IMG/VR virus record: IMGVR_UViG_3300044739_000018
Span: 1-64,000 of that record
Origin: a virus
Strand: one strand, 5' to 3'
Length of the DNA stretch: 64,000 nucleotides
The notes beneath the pieces were generated by a model. The model did not search any database, was not told where the DNA came from, and saw only the letters and a program-made list of their open reading frames with translations. The stretch's first letter is position 1. Each line of letters begins with the position of its first letter. Made by a program: the position numbers and the translations under genes. Shown piece after piece: positions 47,816 through 56,588 of the stretch.

Positions 47816-48597
47816 GCCATCGAGAAGGGTCGGAACCGGCGCGGCCCATACAGGCGCTCCAGAAGGTCGTCGAAATGCTCCTTGATCTGCCAAGGGTGGG
47901 CAGCCATCGTCGGCATCAGCATGGCGTTGAAGAAGGCGCGGTACTCCTTCGGGATGCCGTCAGGAATGGAGCCGTACTTCGGATCACCGCCCATCACATA
48001 GAGCATGGTGCGGGCAGCCATGGCGAGGTCCATCTGGTGGTACGCCTCGTGGCCGAGCACGGTCTTGGGGTACCAGTCCAGGTACTCCTGGCTCCAGAGG
48101 GTCTGGGGCATTTCCTCCATAGTGGAGTAGCACCAGTCCACGAGGACCAGCCCGTGCATTTCCGGGTGGATCATCACGTGGTCGGGCACGATGGCTCCGT
48201 GAACGAACTGCTGTTCATACGCGAAGCCGAGGACTACCAAGAGACGCCGAAACATCCAGGCCATATCCCTTGGGTCGATACCTCCAGGATACCGCGTCAG
48301 CACCTGCTTTAGCGAGTAGAAACCGTCCAGGTGAGTGAAAGCGTTCACCCACTTGCCGCCATCTGTGACGAAAGTCTCATGGAACTCGGGCAAGTAAGGC
48401 ACAAGCCTCGGGTCCGGTTCGTCCAGCAGCATCGAGAGGATCGACGCTTCCTTCGCGACGTGGCCTTCCTTGCCATCGTCGGACACCTTCAAGGCGTAGT
48501 AGTCGCCGTCCTTTAACGCACGGTAGATGGTGGCTTCCTCACCTTGCGCCGTCTCGTCGAGCAGCAGGTAGCTGCCCACCTGGTCACCGGGTTGCAT
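47812..48597 (-). CDS. Ser/Thr protein kinase-fold protein lacking the catalytic Asp (pseudokinase-like)
   Basis: YALKV (VAIK), KEASIL, catalytic loop VHGAIVPDHVMI, LVDWCYS (DFG position); start ATG 48597. Confidence 0.75.
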   Translation of the reverse strand: MQPGDQVGSYLLLDETAQGEEATIYRALKDGDYYALKVSDDGKEGHVAKEASILSMLLDEPDPRLVPYLPEFHETFVTDGGKWVNAFTHLDGFYSLKQVLTRYPGGIDPRDMAWMFRRLLVVLGFAYEQQFVHGAIVPDHVMIHPEMHGLVLVDWCYSTMEEMPQTLWSQEYLDWYPKTVLGHEAYHQMDLAMAARTMLYVMGGDPKYGSIPDGIPKEYRAFFNAMLMPTMAAHPWQIKEHFDDLLERLYGPRRFRPFSMA

Positions 48598-48753
48598 TGG
48601 TCCAACCTCCCCTTGGCATTCCGCATCGGTAACAGTGGTCCGAGCGATAGATGAGACCACCGACCGACTTGATGAACTTGTGGCCGTTCAGTTTGCCCCA
48701 CAGCCCGATGCAATGGACGTTGGGCGGGGCCTTGGTAGTGGGCTGTCTGCCCA

Positions 48754-49390
48754 CTAGTCGTCCAGGTGGCTACGGATGGCCCTGTAGGCGTCCTCGCGGG
48801 TCTTGGTCCGACCACGGTGGTAACCGCGGCCGGGGATCTTGTAGTCGAAGGCGAACCAGCCCGCTTCCTCGTCAATCAGCCGGTCCAGGGCCTCGTCGGT
48901 TGTGTCGAAGCGCAGCACCTTCTCACTCATGCGTTGGCCGGTTCCTTGACCTTGGTGTAGCCGTAGATGACGCCGTTGCCGAACTCCCAGAGGATGCGAC
49001 CGTAGTTGCGGGTCACGTATCCCTGGGCGTTGCGCTGCGAGCCAAAGGCGTGGTACTCGGTGATCCTCCGGTTCGGGCCGTGAATCTCCACGAGGTGAGC
49101 ATCGTTCTCTTTGGTGATCGTGGCAAGCCACATGTATCCCCGCGGGATCGGCGTAGTGCGAGGAGTGTGGGACATCAGCCTCTCCTTGTGATCTTGTTCT
49201 TGACCAGTGCTAGGGCGTAGAGCGCCGATCCGATGGCCGCGATGACGCCAGCTATCAGCGCCATCGCAAGGCCAAAGGAAAGGAACGCCACAATGATTGG
49301 GATGAACAGGAGGATGAACGGGACAGCGTGGAAGCCAGTGAGCCTGACTGTCGTGGTGCCGTCGTCGTTGCGAATCCTCTGGACTGCCAT
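48754..49390 (-). CDS. Three small hypothetical proteins (48754-48930, 48927-49175, membrane protein 49175-49390)
   Basis: Coupled ORFs. Confidence 0.5.
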
Positions 49391-50328
49391 CAGTGCTTCA
49401 CCAGTCCGAGCATCTGCACGACGCTGCTCTCGAAGATCTGGAGACGGCTGTGCGTGTTGTCGAGCGTCTGCTCCAACAGGTTGCCGTACTCCTTCGTCTT
49501 GCCGGTGAGGGCGTGGTACTTGTTGAGGTACTCCTGGTACGCCTTCTCCGTGATCTTCTGCCCGCTGGTCTGGATCTCCTGCATCTTGACGAGCAGGCTG
49601 TCGATCTCGTCCGCGGTCTCGGCCTCGAAGGCACGCTGGAGCATTTCCCTCTGCTTGGTGTCGTCCACCAGCGGGAACTCCGAGCACGAGGACCCGTTGC
49701 CGAGTCCGTTCACGAACTCCTCGACGGCCTGGACCTCAGCAGCGAATTCCTCCGGCACGAAGTAAAGGCCGTTGCGAACGACGGTGGCACCGAGTCGGAT
49801 GATGAAGTGGCGCACCCACTCCCGCACCGTGTACCCCGTGACGCTGCCGCGCTGGCTGTTGTACTTCTGCTGCATTTCGGCGGCGATCACGTCGGCCATC
49901 GGGTTGCGGTAACCCGGCAGAGCGAGAGCCTCGAACTTGCCGCCAGCCTTCTCGAACGTCACGTCGTATGCCTGGTCGTAGGTGAGCCTGCGCCCGCCAC
50001 CGTCGACCTGCTCCACGACGATGCGGCGAACGATCTTGCCGTTGCCCTCAGGCACGTCGCGGACGAGGAAGTTCTCGTAGACGTTGGGGTTGCTGGTCGG
50101 CTCCTTCTTGCGCTCGCACTCCTTGGTGACACGCCGGAACGTGTCGGAGTCCTTCGGCATGAGAGGCAGGCTCTTGTCGATGCCTGCGGCCACCAGCCTG
50201 CGCACCACTTCGCTGTGGTCCATGCGCAGGTCGTTGACGGTGTAGTACACCAAGCGGCCGAGGAACATCTGCTTTCCGGCATTGGCCGCGTTGATGAGAC
50301 GCGTCTGCAAGTCGCTGTATGCGCTCAC
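49390..50328 (-). CDS. DUF6744/DUF3150-like protein
   Basis: LGRLVYYTV, P...D.FRR, GLYFVP, helical C-terminus; family assignment from recall only. Confidence 0.55.
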   Translation of the reverse strand: MSAYSDLQTRLINAANAGKQMFLGRLVYYTVNDLRMDHSEVVRRLVAAGIDKSLPLMPKDSDTFRRVTKECERKKEPTSNPNVYENFLVRDVPEGNGKIVRRIVVEQVDGGGRRLTYDQAYDVTFEKAGGKFEALALPGYRNPMADVIAAEMQQKYNSQRGSVTGYTVREWVRHFIIRLGATVVRNGLYFVPEEFAAEVQAVEEFVNGLGNGSSCSEFPLVDDTKQREMLQRAFEAETADEIDSLLVKMQEIQTSGQKITEKAYQEYLNKYHALTGKTKEYGNLLEQTLDNTHSRLQIFESSVVQMLGLVKH

Positions 50329-50397
50329 TGGTATCTCCTGTTCGGTTTGGTTATGTTGGTTATGTTGACGGCTGGCCCCCAGGGATCATGCCTGGGA

Positions 50398-50427
50398 ACG
50401 GTACCGTCAGCAGGTGTTGCTTGTCAA
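50398..50427 (-). promoter_or_regulatory. SigA-type promoter (TTGACA-N18-TACCGT) flanked by 15-bp direct repeats
   Basis: Consensus -35 and TANNNT -10; GATCATGCCYGRGAA at 50384 and 50430. Confidence 0.7.
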
Positions 50428-50565
50428 GCGATCATGCCCGAGAAGGGCAGGATCAGGTGCGGTGCGTGTCTTTGAGAATGCAGCACACGGCACAGCAAAA
50501 GCGTTGACGCTCAGCCATCAGGCGCTTGCACTCGGATTCCGTGGCCCCACACTCGGAGCACTTCA

Positions 50566-50802
50566 TCAGTTCAGGCCGTGGACCAGCACGTGGCGCACGT
50601 CGATGAGCAGCGTCTGGAGTTCCCGAATGTCCTTCGGCTCCAAAACGGTGCGGACGGCGCTGGCCTGGAGCCAGGTCTCCACATCCTTGACCAGCCCCTC
50701 GACGGTGACCTCGGGGACCGTGACCTCGACCTCGACAGCGGTGTCTGTCTCCACGCCTTCTGTATCGGCAGGGACAGCCTCGTCAACCAAGCCCTCGGTC
50801 AT
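50566..50802 (-). CDS. Hypothetical acidic protein
   Basis: Coupled ORF. Confidence 0.5.
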   Translation of the reverse strand: MTEGLVDEAVPADTEGVETDTAVEVEVTVPEVTVEGLVKDVETWLQASAVRTVLEPKDIRELQTLLIDVRHVLVHGLN

Positions 50803-51038
50803 ACGGTGTGCCCGAACCCGTCACGGAGCAGCCGACGAGCTGCCTCTGCCAAACGAGCATTGAGCCGGAAGGCATCGCCGGACGGGTGTCCGTTCTCGAT
50901 GTCAACCTTCAACCGACGCAACTTCCCGTGAAGCTCCACTGACCGCTTCGCCTTCTGCTGTGTGCCCAGCATCGAGAGGCTCGACAACTCCTGCTCCAGT
51001 GCCGCCAGGCTCAGCTCGATCTCCGCTGTTGTTGCCAT
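50799..51038 (-). CDS. Stand-alone homolog of the MoxR C-terminal helical domain (divergent copy)
   Basis: KAKRSVELHGKLRRLKVDIE...RLAEAARRLLRDGFG; SD GGAGG. Confidence 0.6.
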   Translation of the reverse strand: MATTAEIELSLAALEQELSSLSMLGTQQKAKRSVELHGKLRRLKVDIENGHPSGDAFRLNARLAEAARRLLRDGFGHTV

Positions 51039-51774
51039 CTGCTTCCTCCATGTTCGGTAGTTGGAACGCCTTCATTGCTTCCTTCCGTCCACACTCAGAG
51101 CATAGACGGACACCCTTCTCGTAACGGCTGATTGCGTGCCTGTGTCTCGGGGCTTCCGAGCCACAGTGTCCGCAGACGTAGCTCTTGGGGTGAAACACTG
51201 GCTCCAGGACGAACTCCGAGTAAGCCTCGGTGCCCGACCAGTAGTCGCTGCCCTCGTGGTGCTCGGAGAGCTTGACCGTGAACTCGCCTGTCACGTACTG
51301 CTGAATGAGGTCCCACCGATCCTCTATGTCCACGCAGGCACCAAGAACGTAGCTGTCTCGGCTCTGCTCGGGACCGCTGATGTACTCAGCGGTGCAGTTC
51401 TCTCCTGCCTCGCACGGGTCCTTGCAGTGCAGGTACAGCCGACCTTCCTCGATGGTTACGCCCCACTTGTGGTCCTGCGCCTTGCATGGCCGCTTGTCCT
51501 TCTTGGACCAGGGCTGGACCCAAAGGGGCCAGTACACGCACTCCGGGTAGGTCTCACGCTCCCAGGCGAGAGCGTCAACTACGTCGGCGTTCGACCAAAC
51601 CGGCGCTTCGATCCACTTGTGCTCAGGCCCGCGGCGGTGCCGTGAAAGAGCACCAATCCAGGTGGTCTCGTCGCGTCGCTTCTGATCCCACACCTTGGGT
51701 CCCCACCTGAGGGTCATGCGTTCTGCCCATGCCAGGACGACAGCATGCGGGTCGTCGTAGTTCTCGTCACTCAC
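50902..51774 (-). CDS. Hypothetical protein with C-terminal Zn ribbon
   Basis: CGHC...CSEC; start probably GTG 51774. Confidence 0.5.
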   Translation of the reverse strand: MSDENYDDPHAVVLAWAERMTLRWGPKVWDQKRRDETTWIGALSRHRRGPEHKWIEAPVWSNADVVDALAWERETYPECVYWPLWVQPWSKKDKRPCKAQDHKWGVTIEEGRLYLHCKDPCEAGENCTAEYISGPEQSRDSYVLGACVDIEDRWDLIQQYVTGEFTVKLSEHHEGSDYWSGTEAYSEFVLEPVFHPKSYVCGHCGSEAPRHRHAISRYEKGVRLCSECGRKEAMKAFQLPNMEEADGNNSGDRAEPGGTGAGVVEPLDAGHTAEGEAVSGASREVASVEG

Positions 51775-52174
51775 CGCCTCGACCTCCCATTGGATCCGAC
51801 TCTTGAACTTCTGCCGCGGCAAGTTCAGCCTCCATCTTCACGAGCTTGGCAGCGGCGGTCTCGACCTCGCGCATCGTTGGCGCGGGCGCTGCGTGTAGCT
51901 CATCGTGCAGGATCGACTCGGTTTGGTTCTCGGTCTGGAAGTTGCACTCTTGGCACACCCAGGCCCGCGTGGGCGGTGGTCCCATCAGGAGCGGCCGCTT
52001 GCCACAGGTTGCTGCGTGGTGGGTGCCCATGCGAATGTCGTTGAACCCCTTACCACAGCCAGGACACGTGTACTTCTGCGGCTGCTGCGGGTGGAGGGCG
52101 TAGACCACATGGCGCGTCAGTTCGGCATTGTTCCTAAATGCCTGGCCGCAATACACGCAGTCATACGTTGGCAT
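51767..52174 (-). CDS. Protein with three C2H2-type zinc fingers
   Basis: YDCVYCGQAF...HVVYALH; YTCPGCGKGF...HAATC; WVCQECNF...HDELH. Confidence 0.7.
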   Translation of the reverse strand: MPTYDCVYCGQAFRNNAELTRHVVYALHPQQPQKYTCPGCGKGFNDIRMGTHHAATCGKRPLLMGPPPTRAWVCQECNFQTENQTESILHDELHAAPAPTMREVETAAAKLVKMEAELAAAEVQESDPMGGRGGE

Positions 52175-52961
52175 CGGAATTTTGCCCCACCGAGAGTTGG
52201 GAGGTTGAGTGTTGATTCAACATCCCCTTCACGACCTCGGTCTTGCGGGCCTCCAGGTCGATCACTCGCTGTTCCAGAACGGGCGTTAGCGAGAGCACTT
52301 GTGTGACTTCCGCCAGTACGGCCTCGACCTCGGGCAAGTTGCCCGTCTCCACCGTCTCGTCGATGCGAGACAGCAGGGAGGCAAAAGACGACTCGGGGTT
52401 GAGCGCGACAGGAAGCGCGTCATCCATCATGTCGTTGACCTTGTGTCCGTCGTCGGCCTCGCGCTGCATGAGCAGGCGGGCCTTGGCGACCGCGTCCTGC
52501 TTCGTGCGGGCAAGAGTGTGGAGCGAGTAGCCCAGGTGATTGCCCTTGCTGCTCACGCGTCGGACACCCACGGCGTAGTGCTGCATGTTGTACCACTGCG
52601 CGTGGTTCCCGGCCGCCCCCAACAGCCATCCCTTGTAGCGGGTGCCCTTCACGAAATCTTCCGCGCCTGCGTAAGAGCGTGAGAACACGTAGATCTGCCA
52701 CTCGACTCGCGGCTTGCGGACTACGCCAACGGGGATGATCTCGTCGTCAGGCAGGTCCAACGAATCCAGGTGCTGCCGCCAATAGCGGCTTGTGGCCTTG
52801 CCGATCTGGCCGTCCCTCTTGTAGCGGGTGTAGAACTGCGCTCCACAGTCGCAGACCCAGTAGACGTTGTACTGGTTGATCTGCGTCTCAGTCAGACTGT
52901 GCCCTGGCCTGCCAGGGGCGAATCCAACCTCTGCGGCGGTCTTGCCGGTGAGTGTCGCCAT
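52161..52961 (-). CDS. Hypothetical protein
   Basis: 266-aa coupled ORF. Confidence 0.55.
   Translation of the reverse strand: MATLTGKTAAEVGFAPGRPGHSLTETQINQYNVYWVCDCGAQFYTRYKRDGQIGKATSRYWRQHLDSLDLPDDEIIPVGVVRKPRVEWQIYVFSRSYAGAEDFVKGTRYKGWLLGAAGNHAQWYNMQHYAVGVRRVSSKGNHLGYSLHTLARTKQDAVAKARLLMQREADDGHKVNDMMDDALPVALNPESSFASLLSRIDETVETGNLPEVEAVLAEVTQVLSLTPVLEQRVIDLEARKTEVVKGMLNQHSTSQLSVGQNSDANV
52175..52215. repeat. 41-bp dispersed repeat, copy 4
   Basis: CGGAATTTTGCCCCACCGAGAGTTGGGAGGTTGAGTGTTGA; abuts the ATG of 51767..52174. Confidence 0.8.
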
Positions 52962-53215
52962 CAGCCGGGCCTCACCAGCGGCTTGACGTTGCTGAACTTC
53001 AAGAAGTCGAAGCTGGGGTCACCCATCTTCTCCGCAGACGGCTCGTCCACAAACTTGAAGAAGGCGGTGGTGATGCCGAGTGCGTCAGCGACCTGGGACA
53101 CAAGGTCTACGCCACCTGAGTCGTAGTCGCCCCAGGTGATGATCTTGTCGTCCAGGTAGAGGTACTGCATCTCGCCCACGTAGTCGTAGTCGAGAACGAT
53201 GTTGATGGTTGCCAC
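52961..53215 (-). CDS. Hypothetical protein
   Basis: GTG 53215 with GGAGG SD and an A/C-rich leader. Confidence 0.55.
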   Translation of the reverse strand: MATINIVLDYDYVGEMQYLYLDDKIITWGDYDSGGVDLVSQVADALGITTAFFKFVDEPSAEKMGDPSFDFLKFSNVKPLVRPG

Positions 53216-53284
53216 GTTGGCCTCCGTTCGGTTTGGTTGGTTGTGAGAGGGGCCGGGGCTTCCCCGCACCGACCCCTCTCACGA

Positions 53285-53563
53285 TCATTTCAGCGGCGGA
53301 TCAGGCGGATACGCGATCTGGAAGATCTCGCTCAAAAGGATCCTCGCCACTCGGGTGAGTTCCTCCTGCTCGGCGTCTACATCAACGCCTGTTTTCGCAA
53401 GCTCGTCCAGATCACGCTTCGCATCCTCCAGCTTCTGGTGAATGCTGATGCCGTGCTTGTTCCTGATCTGCTTGTTGACCTGGCCTGCGTTGAAACGGCG
53501 AAGCAAGTCATCCAGGTCCAGGCCCGCCTGCTCGACGCGAGCGGCGATCTCGGAGACGCTCAT
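53285..53563 (-). CDS. Stand-alone homolog of the MoxR C-terminal helical domain, third gene of the MoxR-VWA operon
   Basis: NKQIRNKHGISIHQKLEDAKRDLD...VARILLSEIFQI; ATGA overlap with the VWA stop. Confidence 0.75.
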   Translation of the reverse strand: MSVSEIAARVEQAGLDLDDLLRRFNAGQVNKQIRNKHGISIHQKLEDAKRDLDELAKTGVDVDAEQEELTRVARILLSEIFQIAYPPDPPLK

Positions 53564-55176
53564 GCGCCACCGATTCCGCCGAAGATATCCCGGATATCCT
53601 CGCCGCCCTTCAAGTCCTTGATGGTGAGCACCCGCTTGTCGCAGATGGTTGCCAGAGGCTCGTCGGAGTAGCCGCCGCCGATCATGATGCCCCACACCGT
53701 GAAGCCCATGCGCTCCTGCTCCTTCTTGAACTCCGTCATCCACTGGTCGTTGACGCCGCAGGCACCGTCAGTGGCGAACACAATGTCGCCCTTGACGAAG
53801 CCGTTCTCGTCGAACTCTGCCCGCAGGTGGTCCAGCGAGCGGGACAGCGGCGTCATGAAGTCGGTGCCTCCCATGAAGGAGAACTCCGCCATGTCGATGA
53901 TCTTCTGCGTGTTGTAATCCTCCGGCTTGGAGAAGTCGAACTCCGCGATCTGATGCGTCGACCCGAAGGTGATGGCACGGAACGACCGCTTCTGAGCACG
54001 AGCCAGGTTGAGCAGGCAGAGGCCCACGGCCTTCGCCCACATTTCCGGCTCACCGCTCATGGACCCTGACGAGTCGTCGCAGTAGATGATGCCGCCCTTG
54101 CCGACCTTTTCCTCACCGCGCATCTCGTACTGGAGCAGGTTGCCCTCGATGAACTCCCGGTAGAAGTCCAGCTTCATGAGCGGGTTGCGCAGCTTCGAGA
54201 ACTGGACGGGCAGGACGCGAGCAAGGTCGTTGCCCTTGCCAATGTCGAACACTTCGTCCCTCGCGTGGTTGACCTTCCGACGCTGCTCGGTGAACATGAG
54301 CCGCTTCATCGGGCCGAAAAGCTCCGCGATCTTCTTCAACCGCGGGTTGTTGAGCTTGGCTGCCAGTTCCATGCGCTCCTTGGCGGGCATGCGCTGGAGT
54401 GTTCCCGGCTCCAGGCCCCACGCGTCGCCCTGCGCAGCCATTTCCTGCGCTTCCTTGACGGCGGCACCGAGAGCCTTCTTCATGGTCTGACGGACGGCAG
54501 GCGTCGCGTTCTTCATCGCCTGCTGGAAGTCCTTCGCGTTCTGCATGGCCTGGGCCTTCAACGCCTCCATCTGCTTGTTCAGCAGGGCGCGCTGCTTGTT
54601 CCAGTCCTGTGCCTTCTTCGCGTCCTCCGGGTCGTCCAGATCGAGGTCGTCGATCATTTCGTCCAAGGACCGAAGCTGCTCCTGCTGGTCGTGCAAGTCC
54701 TGGAGCTGCTTCTGCAACTCCTTGGCCTTCTCCTGCTCAGTCTTGAGCCGGTCGTGCAGGGTTTCGAGGTCGGGCCGCATCGCCATGGTGCCCATGGCCG
54801 CGGCAACCTCGTCGCCCACCGTGCCGAGGGAGCGAAGCTCGTCCCATTCCTTCAATTCCATGGCCTCGGAAGTGATGGTGTGGTCGATGACGTACTGCGG
54901 CTGCATGTCGCCCACGTCCTCGTGCTTCGGCTCGACCTTGACCAGTGACCAGTACGTGTCTGACCACAGGGCGTTGCCGGTGTCCACGGTGTCGCAGAAG
55001 CGATCCGCCTCGTTGGCGTACTCCTGCATCTGATCGCGGAGCCGTTCCTCATCCTCCACGTCGTACTTGTCGTGCTGGATCGAGTGCTTCGACAGCTTGC
55101 TCGGGTCGGGTGCGTTACCCGACTTCAAGAACTCGTCGAGGAAGCCCTTCTTCTTGCGCTTGCGCCAGTCTGCCAT
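53560..55176 (-). CDS. ViaA-like VWA domain protein with long coiled coil
   Basis: GNDLARVLP, DSSGSM MIDAS, GGTDF..PL, DIVFATDG. Confidence 0.85.
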   Translation of the reverse strand: MADWRKRKKKGFLDEFLKSGNAPDPSKLSKHSIQHDKYDVEDEERLRDQMQEYANEADRFCDTVDTGNALWSDTYWSLVKVEPKHEDVGDMQPQYVIDHTITSEAMELKEWDELRSLGTVGDEVAAAMGTMAMRPDLETLHDRLKTEQEKAKELQKQLQDLHDQQEQLRSLDEMIDDLDLDDPEDAKKAQDWNKQRALLNKQMEALKAQAMQNAKDFQQAMKNATPAVRQTMKKALGAAVKEAQEMAAQGDAWGLEPGTLQRMPAKERMELAAKLNNPRLKKIAELFGPMKRLMFTEQRRKVNHARDEVFDIGKGNDLARVLPVQFSKLRNPLMKLDFYREFIEGNLLQYEMRGEEKVGKGGIIYCDDSSGSMSGEPEMWAKAVGLCLLNLARAQKRSFRAITFGSTHQIAEFDFSKPEDYNTQKIIDMAEFSFMGGTDFMTPLSRSLDHLRAEFDENGFVKGDIVFATDGACGVNDQWMTEFKKEQERMGFTVWGIMIGGGYSDEPLATICDKRVLTIKDLKGGEDIRDIFGGIGGA

Positions 55177-55222
55177 TCAGACCATCCTTCCTATGCGCTT
55201 GGTGTTCGGTTCGGTTGGGGCA

Positions 55223-55270
55223 TCGGAGACGGTGCGCCCATCGGTGCATGGATAAACGCACCGTCTCCGA
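55223..55270. repeat. Perfect 14-bp inverted repeat (stem-loop) between the moxR-like and VWA genes
   Basis: TCGGAGACGGTGCG ... CGCACCGTCTCCGA with an inner CCAT/ATGG stem. Confidence 0.75.
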
Positions 55271-55285
55271 AGGTCTTGCAGGTTA

Positions 55286-56491
55286 CTACTGGACCTGCGA
55301 GGCGTCGATGCCGAAGATCTCCTTCAGCAGCGTGCGGGTGACGCCCAGCAGACGGGTGTTCAGCTCCGACATGGTGTCGGACTTGCGACCCGTCTTGACG
55401 GCCCGCTTCTCCAGTCCGTCCAGGTCGGCCTTCGCCCGCTCCAGCTTCCCGTGAAGCTCGATGCCCTTCTTGTTCTTGATCTGCTTGTTGTCCGAGTTCT
55501 TGATGACCTCGTCCAGATCGACAGCGAGCTTCTCGACCGTCTCCAGCAGATCCATGGCCTCCTTGTCCAGCGGGTTCGCCAGCTCCAGGACGGCCTTCTC
55601 GACGATGGCCTGCTCGTCGGGACGGGTCCAGAGGACGTGCCGCAGGAGACGCATGTCGTCGATATCCGCGACGGGCCGCTGGCTCATCCAGGCCGTGGCC
55701 TTGATGATCTTCAAGCACTCCGCGAAGCGACGGTCGGTCGGCTCGATGCCCTCCTTGCGCAAGTTGTTGCGCAGGGTGTTCATCGCGTCGAGCACGTCGT
55801 CGTTGACGTTGACCGCCTGGGACTCGACCTGAGCCTGGACGATCTCGTCCCACGTCACGATGGCCTGGGGCGCACCGGCGACCTGGAGCTTCAACATCTG
55901 GAGGAAGTTGCCCGCCTCCTGGATGGGACGCACGATGTGACGGAAGTGGACCCGGTCGTACATCGCTTCGAGTTCCTCACCCTGCGGCAGCTCGTTGCTG
56001 GCGCAGAACAGGGTCGAGAGCGGCACGTTGATCGGCACGTCGTTGTAGAAGATCCGCTCGTTCATGATGGTCAGGAGCGAGTTGAGGATCGACGAGTTGG
56101 CCTTGAAGATCTCGTCCACGAAGGCCAGCTTCGCCGTGGGCAGCATGCCCTTGACGTTGCGCCGGTACTCGTCGTTCTCCAGGGCCGTGAGGCTCGGGGG
56201 ACCGAACAGTTCCTCGGGGGTCGAGAAGCGGGTGACCAGACGCTCGAAGTACTCGTCCGGGCCGATCCCGCCGATGTGCGCCTTCATCGTGCGCACGAGC
56301 CGCGACTTCGCCGTTCCGGGCGAGCCGAGCTGGAAGTGGTGCACGCCGCCGATGACGGCGATGGTGCCCGTCATCGTCTCCTTCGACCGCTCGACCAACT
56401 CGCTGTTCAGCGTGTCGATCAGCAGTTCGAACTTGGCCTGGAGCGGCGCAGGGGCCGCGGCAGGAGCGGGCGTGGTGGTGGTGTCGCTCAA
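55286..56491 (-). CDS. MoxR/RavA-type AAA+ ATPase
   Basis: GSPGTAKS, FSTPEELFGP, FVDEIFKANSSILNSLL, ASNELP, YDR, DRR; TTG start 56491 with GGAGG. Confidence 0.9.
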   Translation of the reverse strand: MSDTTTTPAPAAAPAPLQAKFELLIDTLNSELVERSKETMTGTIAVIGGVHHFQLGSPGTAKSRLVRTMKAHIGGIGPDEYFERLVTRFSTPEELFGPPSLTALENDEYRRNVKGMLPTAKLAFVDEIFKANSSILNSLLTIMNERIFYNDVPINVPLSTLFCASNELPQGEELEAMYDRVHFRHIVRPIQEAGNFLQMLKLQVAGAPQAIVTWDEIVQAQVESQAVNVNDDVLDAMNTLRNNLRKEGIEPTDRRFAECLKIIKATAWMSQRPVADIDDMRLLRHVLWTRPDEQAIVEKAVLELANPLDKEAMDLLETVEKLAVDLDEVIKNSDNKQIKNKKGIELHGKLERAKADLDGLEKRAVKTGRKSDTMSELNTRLLGVTRTLLKEIFGIDASQVQ

Positions 56492-56537
56492 TTTTCCTCC
56501 ATGGGTGTTGGTTTGGTTGGGTGGTTGGACTGCTTGG

Positions 56538-56566
56538 ACCCTACGGGTCTGTGCAGGTTGAGTCAA
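56538..56566 (-). promoter_or_regulatory. SigA-type promoter of the moxR-like operon (TTGACT-N17-TAGGGT)
   Basis: Near-consensus -35 and -10 in the intergenic gap. Confidence 0.65.
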
Positions 56567-56588
56567 GCATTTCGTGAGGAGAAAGCCG

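Noticed and set aside
33152-52215. 41-bp repeats as a CRISPR array or IS ends
   Set aside because: The copies are 4.6-9.2 kb apart, degenerate and co-oriented, with no transposase; kept as a dispersed motif instead
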